In this document: positions 36,101-45,899 of the stretch, in pieces | Position numbering within the stretch: position 1 is the stretch's first letter | How the letters are laid out: every line of letters starts with the position of its first letter | Source: Octopus bimaculoides | Lineage: Eukaryota | DNA length: 47,201 nucleotides | Reading direction: 5' to 3' | Assembly: GCF_001194135.2 (NCBI RefSeq) | Contig: NC_069005.1 | Coordinates: 20,257,802 to 20,305,002 of the forward strand | Translations under genes and position numbers: made by a program | The notes under the pieces: generated by a model | Told to the model about the DNA's origin: nothing | Databases searched by the model: none | The model's input: only the letters and a program-made list of their open reading frames with translations

Positions 36101-39100
36101 TAGGTTTTAGTTTCATGTTATTACTCTAGTTGTAAGGTGGTGAGCTGGCAGGACCTTTAGCACATTGGGCAAAACGCTTAGTATTAAATCTTCTTTGTTC
36201 TGAGCTGAAGTTTTGGCATGGTCGACATAGCATTTTGCCCTGATGATATTTCTTCTGTTTACATAGCATTTTGCCCAACTGGTATTTCTTCTATCTTTAT
36301 GGTCGGTTCAAATTCTGCAGAGTTGGACTTTTCCTTTTGTCCAATTTGGGGTCAATGCCACTCAAGTACTGATGTCAGTGCAATCTACTTCCCCTACTAA
36401 GAAAGAGAACTTGAACATTTTCAAGCCTTGTTCCTATAGCAGAAAGGATTATTACTATTATATTGGTTCCACTGTAGGGAGTTTGTTGAATCAACTTTGA
36501 TTTGTGAGAAGCTTTAGTTCCTCCATTTTTTTTTTTTTTTTTTTGTCCAGGAAGTGTACATCTAGGACAGTATTATGCACTGTACCCCCTGCCCTCACTC
36601 CAAAAGACAATAGGGTTTCATTTTCAGATTTGATTTATTATCATCATCGTTTAACGTCTGTTTTCCATGCTGGCATGGATTGGACACTTTCACTGGGGGC
36701 TGGCAAGCCAGGAGGCTGCACCAGGCTCCAGTCTGACCTGTCAAGGTTTCTACAACTGGATGCCCTTCCTAATGCCAACCATTCCGAGAGTGGTGGGTGC
36801 TTTTTACATGCCACTGGCACAGGAGCCAGTCGGGCAGCACTGGCATTGGCCATATCTACAATTTCCATTTTGATTTTGATTTACCCTGTGCATTTGCCAC
36901 ACACAAAAACTATCATCCCGTTTGACCTTCCTTTGATGTTGCTGCACCTCTTATGCACCCATAGCTTACTCTTAGTATGTCTTGTGGAGTTTCTACCTAC
37001 ACCTTTTCTACTAATTGATTTGTTCACCTTCCTACTTACTAGGACTTTAGTTTTTGCTACATTGACTTTCAGGCCCTTCGATTCTAAATCTTGCTTCCAC
37101 ATCTGAAATTTCTTTTGGTCTGGTAGTGATTCAGCTATGAGAGGGTAAGGTCGTCAGCATAGAGGAGGTCTCAGGGGCAGCCTGTCTTGATTTCGTATGT
37201 TATTGCCTGGAGGACTATGATGAATGGGAGGCTGAAGACAGATCCTTGGTGACCCCCTACTTCTACCTGGAATTCTTCACTACACTTGTTGCCAACCCTT
37301 ACCTTACTGACAGCATCCCTGTAAAGGCTTGTACAGCTCTTACTAACCACTCATCTATCCCTAGTTTTCACATCGCCCACCAGATAAGGGCTCGGGGGAC
37401 CTGTCAAAGGCTTTCTCCAAGTCAACAGAAGTGAAGTATAGGGGTTTACCTTTGGCTAGGTATTTCTCCTGCAGCTGTCTAACCAGAAATATAGTATCAA
37501 TGGTGCCTGGCACAAAACCAAACTGCATCTCATCTAGACCAACTCTCTCCCTAATTAGTTGGGCTATGATCCTTTCCATGACCTTCATCACCTGCTCCAG
37601 CAGTTTGATACACCTTTAGTTATTTCTGTCTAAAGCATCACCTTTACCTTTCTATGCAGTTGACTATGGTGCTGCTACACCAGTCATTGGGTATGATTCC
37701 TTCCTGAACTACCTGATTTACAATACGGGTGATGAAAACATAACCCACACCACCAGATATTTTAATCATCCCAGTGATTCCTGATGGGCCAGGTACTTTT
37801 CCTGACTTCATATCCTTAATTGCTTCATCTTCCAAGGTGCTATCTACTGGGTCAACATTTGGCAGGTTCTCTTCCACATTCAGCAAAGCCTGTCTTTGCA
37901 GAATCTTTAAAGACAAGTGCACCATCATTCACGCGGGCATATTTCTCTCCTGTAACATTACAACTTTCTCTCACACACTATTGCAAACCGAAATACTTCA
38001 GTTCTCTGGTTCTCACGCGCTGAACATTGGTAAACTTCTTTTCTGCTTCTCCCTTAGCAATATATACCTGTCTTCCAGCCTTCCTTCTGGCTATCTGGTA
38101 CAGTTCCCTTCTACTTCCACTCTTCCAGGTTTTCCAGGCCTGTTTCTTTGCTCTAATGGACCTGTCTACAGTATTATTCCTATCATATTATACCAGTGAG
38201 GTAGGGGGTTTCTGGTGATAGAAGCGAAATATCCGGTATTGGCGGTGGGGGGAGGAATGGGCTGGTGCACCGTGAAAAAGCATGGGTTATTTAAGAGATA
38301 GTACAAAATATATGGAGCCAACTTAGAAACACAAGTGAAGAAGAGAACTAAGGCTATGAGAGATTTCAATTGGAAATTACATGAAGAAATAAGGAGAAAA
38401 CTAAGGCTGGGAGATTAGGAAGTTATATATTAAAGAGTCAATTTAAATAATTAGTTTACAAAAGTACATAATAATAATGCATGTTAGTAATGAATGAATG
38501 GAGAGATCGAAAAAATGAAAGAATATCTTAGCGGTGCATAACTGGGTGCCAATAAATAACCAACACTGGAATGAGTTCCATGAGGTCTTGAGAGAGAAGC
38601 GTGTGTGGAAGGTACTTTATATGCTACGGCTGGGCATTATGAATGGGTGTTTTCTCCTTGGGCAGTAGAGAATAGCAGTAAGAAGTCGTAATGAAAGAAA
38701 GGATTTGTTAAGAGATAGTACGAAAAAAATATTTAGCCAACATGAAACACAGTAGGAAAAGAGAACCAAGGCTGTTAGAGAGATTTCAGTTGGAAATTAC
38801 ATTAAGAATTAAGGAGAAAACTAAGGCTGAGGGAGAGAGATTAGGAAATTATATATTGATGCCCAATGGAAGTTCAAAATATCTTTTATTTGGATCAAAT
38901 TTTTAAATTTAGCATTGACTTGGTGTTAGGAAAATGTTGGGATTGATGCAATAATGTAAATGTTAGTTGGCATAACTGTATCCACTCGATGCATCATTCT
39001 TGATATAACTAAGCACGGTCTGTCCTCATCGCCACCTTAGGGTGTAGAGAGTAACTATTTGATTGATAAGACCTCATACAAAAGTATATTCTTTCCATAA

Positions 39101-39431
39101 GAAAAATGTTAAGAGTAATGCATGTGTGTGATTGTCCTCTAAATTAGGTTACTATTGACTTAAAAAAAAAAAAATTATTTGTGATTGTATAAAGTGGTTG
39201 GCATTTAGAAGTATTACCCAGCTATAGAAGCCATCCCAAAGTAAACATTGGAGCTGTGGTGCAGTTCTGTAGCTTGCCAGATTGTGTTGAATCAGCTAAC
39301 CCATACCAGCATGAAAAACATGATAAATGATGACAATACTGAGAATTTCTTTTAACACCGACTTGTTTCTTTGTATTTTTTTCAGACCCCAAGACAGCAG
39401 ATCTGAGAGACGACCAAGGCCATATCCTTAG
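14114..39431 (+). CDS. FUS/EWSR1/caz: FET-family RNA-binding protein (FUS/EWS/TAF15, cabeza-like); 17 coding exons, at least 550 aa
   Basis: Manual splicing gives one open frame: MADPQYNYSG.. SYGQ-rich prion-like domain, RGGFNK, RRM ([29 protein letters not shown]), RanBP2 ZnF ([28 protein letters not shown]), RGG boxes, C-terminal [10 protein letters not shown]. All visible junctions are GT-AG and phase-compatible. Part of exon 16 may be hidden in a gap. Probably the single invertebrate co-ortholog of FUS/EWSR1/TAF15. Confidence 0.95.
17458..17873 (-). mobile_element. Near full-length tRNA-derived composite SINE (family B) in intron 1
   Basis: Minus-strand head agcttgcttacgaaccacatggttccgggttcagtcccactgcgtggcacc and tail aatgactgaaacaagtaaaagagtaaaa; related copies at 33113, 40900 and 45733. 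Confidence 0.8.
19034..19070 (+). CDS. FET exon 2 (37 nt, [12 protein letters not shown])
   Basis: ttttcag|AATAT...GCTAG|gtaagt; phase 1 to 2. Confidence 0.88.
19173..19248 (+). CDS. FET exon 3 (76 nt, [13 protein letters not shown])
   Basis: ccttcacag|CTAC...CAACAG|gtgagt; phase 2 to 0. Confidence 0.9.
19623..19764 (+). CDS. FET exon 4 (142 nt, [12 protein letters not shown])
   Basis: ttttcttcag|GGATAT...TCAG|gttagt; phase 0 to 1. Confidence 0.9.
20398..20496 (+). CDS. FET exon 5 (99 nt, [14 protein letters not shown])
   Basis: ctaatctctttcag|GCC...CAAG|gtaacc; phase 1 to 1. Confidence 0.9.
22543..22863 (+). CDS. FET exon 6 (321 nt, QGSY/P-rich)
   Basis: actgacag|GTTAT...GGCG|gtaagt; lies inside supplied ORF 22524..22910; phase 1 to 1. 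Confidence 0.93.
23596..23720 (+). mobile_element. RTE 3'-tail fragment in intron 6
   Basis: ggcattaggaagggcatccagc is the reverse complement of the tail motif at 6563-6585 and about 36756-36777. Confidence 0.6.
23931..24039 (+). CDS. FET exon 7 (109 nt, [13 protein letters not shown])
   Basis: tctttttcag|ACAAT...TATGG|gtgagc; phase 1 to 2. Confidence 0.9.
26409..26784. repeat. Identical 109-bp direct repeat (26409-26517 / 26676-26784) next to a gap
   Basis: Direct comparison; period 267 bp. Confidence 0.85.
27551..27588 (+). other. Candidate 38-nt poison (PTC) exon in intron 7
   Basis: ttctttcctcag|GTGG...AAAAG|gtgaat; in-frame TAG at 27564-27566 when spliced to exon 7; no transcript evidence. 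Confidence 0.4.
28011..28048 (+). CDS. FET exon 8 (38 nt, [12 protein letters not shown]; equivalent to FUS exon 7 / EWSR1 exon 9)
   Basis: gtatttcag|CGGTGG...GGTG|gtaagt; RGGFNK motif shared with human FET proteins; phase 2 to 1. Confidence 0.9.
29640..29669 (+). CDS. FET exon 9 (30 nt, [10 protein letters not shown])
   Basis: long polypyrimidine tract ..catgcag|GCGG...GGAG|gtaagt; phase 1 to 1. Confidence 0.85.
30184..30290 (+). CDS. FET exon 10 (107 nt, RRM N-terminal part)
   Basis: cattgtag|ATGGA...ATTAAG|gtaaat; [28 protein letters not shown]; phase 1 to 0. Confidence 0.93.
30553..30682 (+). CDS. FET exon 11 (130 nt, RRM KK-loop and RNP1)
   Basis: tttttaag|ACTGAT...AATG|gtaagt; [43 protein letters not shown]. 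Confidence 0.95.
31531..31608 (+). CDS. FET exon 12 (78 nt, RRM end, [19 protein letters not shown])
   Basis: tttttcag|AAAAAG...AGAG|gtttgt; the donor is weak, so the 3' boundary is less certain. Confidence 0.85.
32360..32557 (-). mobile_element. SINE family A in intron 12
   Basis: Reverse complement of the 3482-type SINE, CpG-rich and relatively intact. Confidence 0.75.
32660..32790 (+). mobile_element. RTE 3'-tail fragment in intron 12
   Basis: agactggagcctggtgcagc (32745-32764) is the exact reverse complement of 36715-36734. Confidence 0.7.
32864..32902 (+). CDS. FET exon 13 (39 nt RGG microexon)
   Basis: ttttttaag|GTGGC...AGAG|gtaagt; [13 protein letters not shown]; phase 1 to 1. Confidence 0.88.
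33113..33385 (-). mobile_element. Degraded SINE family B in intron 13
   Basis: Similar to 17458-17873 (gactgaaccc, gctatagtag, gtaaacaaaccagcacc). Confidence 0.55.
33453..33642. mobile_element. TTAA-flanked MITE (piggyBac-like non-autonomous element)
   Basis: TTAA-CCTTTTAGCATT ... AATGCTAATGGG-TCAA termini; related pieces at 29745-29830 (TTAACCCTTTAGCATT) and 21060-21165. Confidence 0.65.
33775..33877 (+). CDS. FET exon 14 (103 nt, RGG and ZnF start GDWTCPNP)
   Basis: ctttgtag|GTGGC...AATCC|gtaagt; phase 1 to 2. Confidence 0.93.
34568..34671 (+). CDS. FET exon 15 (104 nt, rest of RanBP2 ZnF)
   Basis: catccag|AGCC...CCTG|gtaagt; [20 protein letters not shown]; phase 2 to 1. Confidence 0.93.
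35323..35685. other. Assembly gap hiding the exon 16 acceptor
   Basis: 363 N immediately before RGG-coding sequence. Confidence 0.95.
35686..35866 (+). CDS. FET exon 16, visible part (RGG3); acceptor lies in the gap
   Basis: [16 protein letters not shown] then CG|gtaagt; the 5' end abuts N-gap 35323-35685. Confidence 0.88.
36133..36430 (+). mobile_element. SINE family A with a small internal duplication, intron 16
   Basis: gtggtgagctggcag..gttcaaattctgcag; catagcattttgccc occurs twice. Confidence 0.65.
36640..38190 (-). mobile_element. Degraded RTE-clade LINE antisense in the last intron
   Basis: [37 protein letters not shown]; LLYADDL at about 37145-37166; [18 protein letters not shown]; (GAT)n tail at 36640. 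Confidence 0.88.
38276..38858. repeat. Diverged direct repeat of about 155 bp (38276-38430 / 38698-38858)
   Basis: Shared blocks taagagatagtac, gagatttca-ttggaaattacat, taaggagaaaactaaggctg; origin unknown, probably a TE fragment. Confidence 0.7.
39190..39335 (+). mobile_element. Degraded RTE 3'-tail fragment upstream of the last exon
   Basis: gtggttggcatt..cagctatagaa..ggagctgtggtgcag..ccagcatgaaaa..atgatga. Confidence 0.5.
39386..39431 (+). CDS. FET exon 17 coding part ([20 protein letters not shown])
   Basis: tttttttcag|ACCC...CCTTAG; phase 2 entry matches the exon 16 donor; basic-rich R-x-x-PY motif. Confidence 0.9.
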
Positions 39432-39553
39432 AATTCTTTCTACTTTCTCATCCCATCAGATGTAAAAGAGAATACCAATTCCTCATTTTAAATCATTTTA
39501 ACTTTTCTCTCTCTCTCTCTCACATTGTCTTCTCTCAGTATAATAATGTCTTC

Positions 39554-39559
39554 AATAAA
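39554..39559 (+). terminator. Probable polyadenylation signal of the FET gene
   Basis: AATAAA 123 nt after the stop, followed by a U/GU-rich tract at 39604-39630. Confidence 0.65.
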
Positions 39560-40088
39560 GTTTTAAAATATCTTCAACTTATTACTCATTTGTCGTCTTA
39601 GCATGTTTTTTTTTTTTTAGTGTTCTGTTATTTATCTACTTTGTCAGGCATGTTACATAATCTGGTTTTCTCTATTCCTTGTATGATACGTTTATTGTTG
39701 CTCTTTCTTAGATTTCTGGGTATTTGCTGTTAGAGGGTTCAGAAGTTATACTAAAAGATTGGATATTTTCTACAAGCTGGTAGATTTTGTTAGCATGCCA
39801 GACAAAATGCTTAGTGGCATTTCTTCCAGCTTTATGTTCGGAGTTGAAATTCTGAAAAGGCTGGCTTGACCTTGTGCCAAAATAAGAAAGAATTAAGGTA
39901 GTGAGCTGGTAGAGTTGTCAGCACGCTATGGCAAAATGCAACTTTCATTGTATTGTGTGTATAGACTTTATTTTTTTTTTATACTAATAAAGAAATGGAT
40001 GAATAATATTTCTATGAAAAAGCATTAAAGAATAGACAGAAATATACCTCTTTAGGGCCAGTACTTAAAAGTTAAATAAGCCAGCCAT

Positions 40089-40760
40089 GCATAACTGTAT
40101 CCACTCGATGCATCATTCTTGATATAACTAAGCACGGTCTGTCCTCATCGCCACCTTAAATAATTTCACCATCGGTATCTACCTGAGTATATTCTTCAGA
40201 GCCTTCTGAAGGATATCTGAGTCGGAATCAAGATTTCTTCCAGAAAACTAAGTGATTTCGAAGCTTGATCATCATCTGTTTAATATATGAGCAGTGAAAA
40301 AGTGTCAGAAGATGGAAATTTTGCCTCATTCTCAATCGAAAACCTATTTACTGGCAATAAAATTGTGTTTATTTTAAGCACTGAAAAAATGTGCCTGCAG
40401 CTACAGGGGAGAAAACTCTGGGGCGACAACAGCACGGAAGAGGTTACTGGTCCTATATTTTCTTTCATTTACCCGAAACCAGGAACTTCTTAACCCCCCT
40501 CATATACTTGGCCTTTTTGCTACCAACCTGTCTGAGAGCGCTTCTTGTTTTGAAGTGATTTAAATTAGAACCGTCAATCCAAATTTGATGTCAATTTATG
40601 CTCCAAACTAATTGATTTTACTAAGTTTCTCATTTTCAAAGTTGAAATAACTTGTATTTCAACAAATGTAACAAAGATTAAGGATAACATTTAACTTTTT
40701 TACAACCATTTCTATGTACTCTCTAATTCATTGATGTTTAAGTCCATTGAAAAGGGTCAG
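40089..40760 (-). mobile_element. Possible DNA transposon 5' remnant (piggyBac-like acidic N-terminus)
   Basis: Broken minus-strand frames read DSDSDI / SEEYTQVDTDGEII*GGDED; family not established. Confidence 0.25.
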
Positions 40761-40899
40761 TATATTTTTAATAGAAAAATTGGTTGGGTTAAAAAAGAAA
40801 GGGTAGCAAATTTTCTGTTTTAATTACATTTGATATGACAAGAATGTAATACTGTAAACTCGAAAGTCTTACAGAAGAAAAACAAGTGGTCACTGTCTC

Positions 40900-41476
40900 T
40901 GTAGCTGTGGAGCATAGTCTTGGAGAGACTTTTCCTAGTCAAACAAATCAGCCCTCGTACTAAACTTGTTATTTATGCTAAGCTGGAAAGTTACAGGGGT
41001 GTAAACAAACCACCAAGCATTGGTGGGAGAGACATAATCATTTAGTGGTACTGAACCTGGAACCATGTGGTTAGGAAGCAGACATTACTACACGTCCATT
41101 CCTGTTCCTACAGTTTAAACACGCATGTTTGTATGAATTACACAAGTGTCCAATGTAGTGATGGTCTGTAAAATGCATTTAGTGTAACCTGTCCCAGAGA
41201 ATGATTAGAGCGTTGGACTCACAACCTGATTCCTGGATCGGGCTGTATATTGTGTTCTTGAGCAAGACACTATTTCATGTTACTCGAAATGAGTTATCAT
41301 CACTGCTGCCAAGCTGTGTCAGCCTTTGCCTTTCCCTTGGATAACATCAGTGGCTTGGAGAGGGGAGGCTGGTATGCATGGGTGACTGCTGGTCTTCCTG
41401 AAACAATCTTACTCAAACTTATGCCTCAGAACTTTCTAGGTGCAATCCCATGGTCATTTATGACTGAAGGGGGTCC
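40900..41476. mobile_element. Two SINE fragments (family B on minus at 40900-41095; another type on plus at 41200-41476)
   Basis: actgaacctggaaccatgtggtt matches the family B head; gagcgttggactc..gagcaagacac is a tRNA-SINE-like head. Confidence 0.5.
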
Positions 41477-42528
41477 TTTTTTTGATTATTCTTTTGTAGT
41501 GTTTGTTCAAATTTAATATACCAGATCAATGGTTGGTAGGTAGTTGGACATCCTGTACTCTTTTCACTGAACATAACTATACTCATGCTGCTCTTGTTAA
41601 ACCCTAGATTTGCTCTAGTTAATCAAAAGCATTCCAGCAATGGCTGTTCATTTTCTTTCAGCTATTGTCATGTACATAATATCTAATGTAGTTTTAGCTT
41701 CACAGCCACCTGGTTTCCAGTTGTATAGCATGTGTCTTCTATAACAGGACTGATCAAAGTCTTGTGAATTAAGTTGATAGGTGGAAGCTTAGAAATAATG
41801 TATGTATGTATATATATAACGTATATACATACCAGAGTAAGCACATAAATGTGAAACGAGTTGGAGAAAATAGTACTTGAATACTGGTGGTAGAGTAATG
41901 TGTTTTATAAATAAAGCTGCAAACACATCACAAAAACTTAGTGGTTTCCCATTCCTGTTCGTTGGACAGTTTTGGTTGAGAATGGAACAAACATAAGGTT
42001 ATGTGCATAAATATACAATTACGTTGATAGATGCACATTTGAAAATGGTCTTGTTCTATTGGTCTTTTCAATAACCGGTTATATGAAATTACAATTACGA
42101 TTTGAAATCATAAAAATGAAAGAAAACCTTGAATCAAAACTTAATTTGGAAAGATAAAAGATAAAAAACCGCATTATTTATGGGCTGACCCAATATATAC
42201 ACGGTTATTGTATAGTATATATACGGACAACAATTGTCTACTGTATGCTACAGTAGAGTACATGTGTGCATTCAGTTGACATTTTCAATGGAGAAGTGAT
42301 TGTACGCTGATAACAGATGTGGAGACTAAATTTGTGCAGTAGATGAAATCTGAATGTAGGCTAAATTGCATGCATACCGCTTACAATTATACAGTGTAGA
42401 ATATGTGCACACAGGCGTTTGTTTAGTGTACACTAAATGTATGCATTCACACGACAATTGTGGATGTCGACTAAATGTAAAACGCCAATTGCTTGAGTAA
42501 ATTAGATGTGCATTAATTGGACTTCATC

Positions 42529-43140
42529 GGCGAGCTACTAACACACCTCCGATTCGCAGATGATATCGTACTCGTTGCTGAATTCACAGATCAGCTGTAG
42601 GCTGTGCTGACAGAGCTAGACACCCATATAATACTAAGCAATTGGCCTTAGAATGAATTACATGAAAACAAAATGCATGCAGTTGGAAAACGTAGCACCA
42701 GACTGAATAGAAGTCGGAATCAATAAAATTGAGGAAGGCTTGGATGAAAGGTGTGTAGAAAGTATAGCTGGACAGGACTATAAATGTCAGTCTTTAATAG
42801 CCCTGGGCTGTCTGTTCTCTCAGGCACAAATAAGACGAGGCCTACCACGAAGAGGGAAGAACATCAATATGCTACGACACAAAGGGCAATGGGGAAAATT
42901 CATACGAGAAATGTTATTGCGAAAGTATAACAGACAACAAGTAGACCCGTGCAGTGGCCAAGTGACAGACATCCTAGAGATGGGGAAAAGGGCCCCCCCC
43001 CCAACGATGGAAAGATGATTTGGGACGAAAATAAAGGTGGGGTGGAGATAGAAATGTGCAATTAGGAAAGAATTGGAAGCATATCGAGAATAGCAATGTA
43101 TACCAACATCGGAGAGGCTGTGCAATCGAGAGATACAGTG
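42529..43140 (+). mobile_element. Highly degraded RT (RTE-like) LINE fragment
   Basis: GELLTHLRFADDIVLVAE..IGLRMNYMKTK; later gggaaaagg..cc..acgatggaaagatgatttg (GKR..PP.RWKDDL-like). Confidence 0.65.
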
Positions 43141-43899
43141 ACTGGCGTATATATGTATATTTTTATACGCGCACACACACATTATATATATAATCCAAGT
43201 AGACTCCAACGTTTCTGGAATTTCATAATTTAATTTTCAGTTTGTATTTAAACATGTACTTACATAATTATTTTATAGCAATCATCATGGTAATATTCTA
43301 AGTATCTTATTTAACATGGTAACAGTGGCGAAGTTGCTTAAGTAAGGGAAATAACTCTGATACGACTTCTTAAATTTATTGTTACTTTCATCATATGAAT
43401 CCAATGAGAATGAGGACTGCATTGTACTCTAGTGTTTACTTTGGCAAGGTACAGCTGGACGTTCTTACTAGCACGAATCACTTTACAGTGTCTACCTGGT
43501 GCTTTTTTAGTAAACCAGTGTTATTCATTGTATGCTAAAATGTCTGCATTCTGTTTCAAAACAACAAACCCTAGAATGGCAAGCTCATGCTAGAAAATTA
43601 TGAGGGAGGGAGGCCACAGCAAAACAGGTTCCTTTTTTGTAGAGTAGCTACACGACTTGCTCACATTTTAGAAAAGAAGGTGGGAGTGATCGAGTGAAAC
43701 TAGGGAGTGATAAAAAAATGAATGGTGATGAAATGTCATCAAACTAAATCTAAACTGAAACATTTCTATTTATTTGTAAAACTCTTTTCTTTTGTACTTA
43801 TTAAATTTCATTTGAGCTAAAGTTTATAAGATAGAAGTATTAAAGTTTATTGCTGCATGTATGTGTGTGTGTTTGTTCATCTGTTACATACATACATTG

Positions 43900-45690
43900 C
43901 GATGTTGTTTATATGTTCCGAAACCCCTTGTCATTCATGTTAAGGAAGTCTGAAAGGTATCTCACTGGTTCACAAGAAAACAGAAATACCAAAATTACAC
44001 ACTGTTTCTTTGTGGATGACTTGAAACTTTAGGCAAAGAATATGCATGAGATGAAAAAGAGCCTTGACCTAGTTTTAACATTCTCAAAGGATGTGGGGTT
44101 GGAGTTTGGTCAGGATAAATGTTGTTATATGGTTGTGAAAAGGGGGAAAACTATAAACCAGACTAGTAGCATCTCTGTCAATGATTTGACTGTTTCCCCT
44201 GTATCTGACGAGGAATGTTACAGGTATCTAGGTGTGGATGAAAATATATCTTACAGTGGCACCTGTAACAAAATACGTGTCACTAAAGAATATTACAGCA
44301 GAATGAAGAAAATTTGAACCTCAGAAGTCTCTGCGTTCAATAAAACAGTGGCCCACAATGTGTTTGTAGTGCCAGTATTCATACCAACATTTGGGCTGCT
44401 TGATTGGACACTTGATGAGATCTGAGCCATTGATGTGAAAACCTGAAAAATACTTACAAGCACACATAGTTTCCACATAAACAGTGACGTAGACCGCCTC
44501 TACCTAAAACATAAACAAGGCAGCAGAGGCTTAACATCGATCCAAAACGCCTTTGAATATTGCATCATATCCCTTTGGCAACATCTTTTAACCACCAAGC
44601 ATTGAAGTGCATCCCTTGACCAAGTTTGCATACATGAAGCTGATAACATCATAAGGCAGTTCCTTGAGCAACACTCTTTGTCTGATGAATACATGCCCAA
44701 AGAAGTTGCACAACATATCATCAGATGAAAGGATGAGCAGAAGACTACGCATGGATATGTTAGTAGAAAGTTCTGCGATGATAGTAACATCGATCATCAA
44801 AGCAGTTTATCATGGACGAATAACCGGATTACTACCTCCCACTTTGAAGGACATTGCATTTGCAATTCAGGAACAGGAAATATCAACCAAGTACCTGATG
44901 CACAAAGGGGATAGAGATACTGGAAAAGCTATAAAATGTGATAACCGATGAAGACTTTGTAGAGTTCACACTGAAGGTATCACCCACATCATAAACAGTT
45001 GTCCGAAAATGTCATCACAGTATTATCTACTGATGAGACATGACGTAGATAGGACATTCTATAATGAAATCCGTTGGAAGCATAATCCCGAGGACAAAGA
45101 AACAAATAACCACAATATGGCAGAAGCCATAGCCACTCATACTGAAAAGGAATACTGGTGGAATGTACCAGTGAAGACCGCAATAAAATGTAGAAATTAG
45201 CTGCTCAGCGGATGTTAACATAAAGCTGAAGATCAGTGAAAACGAGAACACCTAAGCTGAACTATTGAGAAATCTACAGTTACTCTATGCAGATTACAAG
45301 TTTATACCTGTAATTATTGAGGCCTTGGGATATGTAGCACACTGCCTAAATACCAATCTTGAGAAATTAGGCTTCTCAAAACCAGAAGGGAGAAAGCTAA
45401 CTTGAAGGCTACCGATCCAGTGCATCACTGGAACTGTAAAAATCTGTAAAACTTTCCAGAAGTTTATCATTTAAATATATATGAACATGTCTAGATATGT
45501 AACTCTATGCATGGGAATACGTACATAAAACATACAAATCTGCATGTACATACATACATACATACAAACAAACAAAAATACCCTGTTGTTGATGTTGAAA
45601 TTTCATTGATGGAACCTTGGATCCAAGTTAGAAACCACTTCTTTCTCTATTGGCAAGAAATCTTGAAATAAACTGAATAATGACATACAT
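43900..45690 (+). mobile_element. R4/Dong-like non-LTR retrotransposon with RLE-type C-terminus, 5'-truncated and degraded
   Basis: NPLSFML..HCFFVDDLKL..GLEFGQDKC..YRYLGVDE; DVDRLYL..GSRGL; CCHC remnant RLC..E..THIINSC; VEISC..; FIPVIIEALG..KLGF; frame ends at 45474. Confidence 0.75.
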
Positions 45691-45732
45691 ATATCTATAC
45701 AGATACATATGTATATCTATACAGATACATAA

Positions 45733-45899
45733 GTGCAGGTTTGGCCGTGTGGGAAGAGGCTTGCTTTTTAACCTAATGGTTCTAGGTTCAGTCCCACTGC
45801 ATGACACCTTGGGAAAGTGTCTTCTGCTATAGCATCAGGCCAATCAAAGCTTTGTGAGTGGATTTGGTACATAGAAAATGAAGTAAGACCATCGTGTAT
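45733..45899 (+). mobile_element. SINE family B head
   Basis: ggttcagtcccactgcatgacaccttggg..gtcttctgctatagc matches the 17458-17873 head. Confidence 0.7.

Larger units (their letters stand above)
38970..40158. repeat. Perfect 70-bp direct repeat (38970-39039 / 40089-40158) flanking the last exon
   Basis: gcataactgtatccactcgatg..catcgccacctta is identical at both sites. Confidence 0.92.

Noticed and set aside
40280-40493. Short ORFs downstream of the gene as a second gene
   Set aside because: No domain similarity or splice structure; they lie within a TE-like remnant.
42181-42480. Recurring ctaaat/tgcattca motifs
   Set aside because: Too degenerate to define a period; probably decayed low-complexity or TE sequence.
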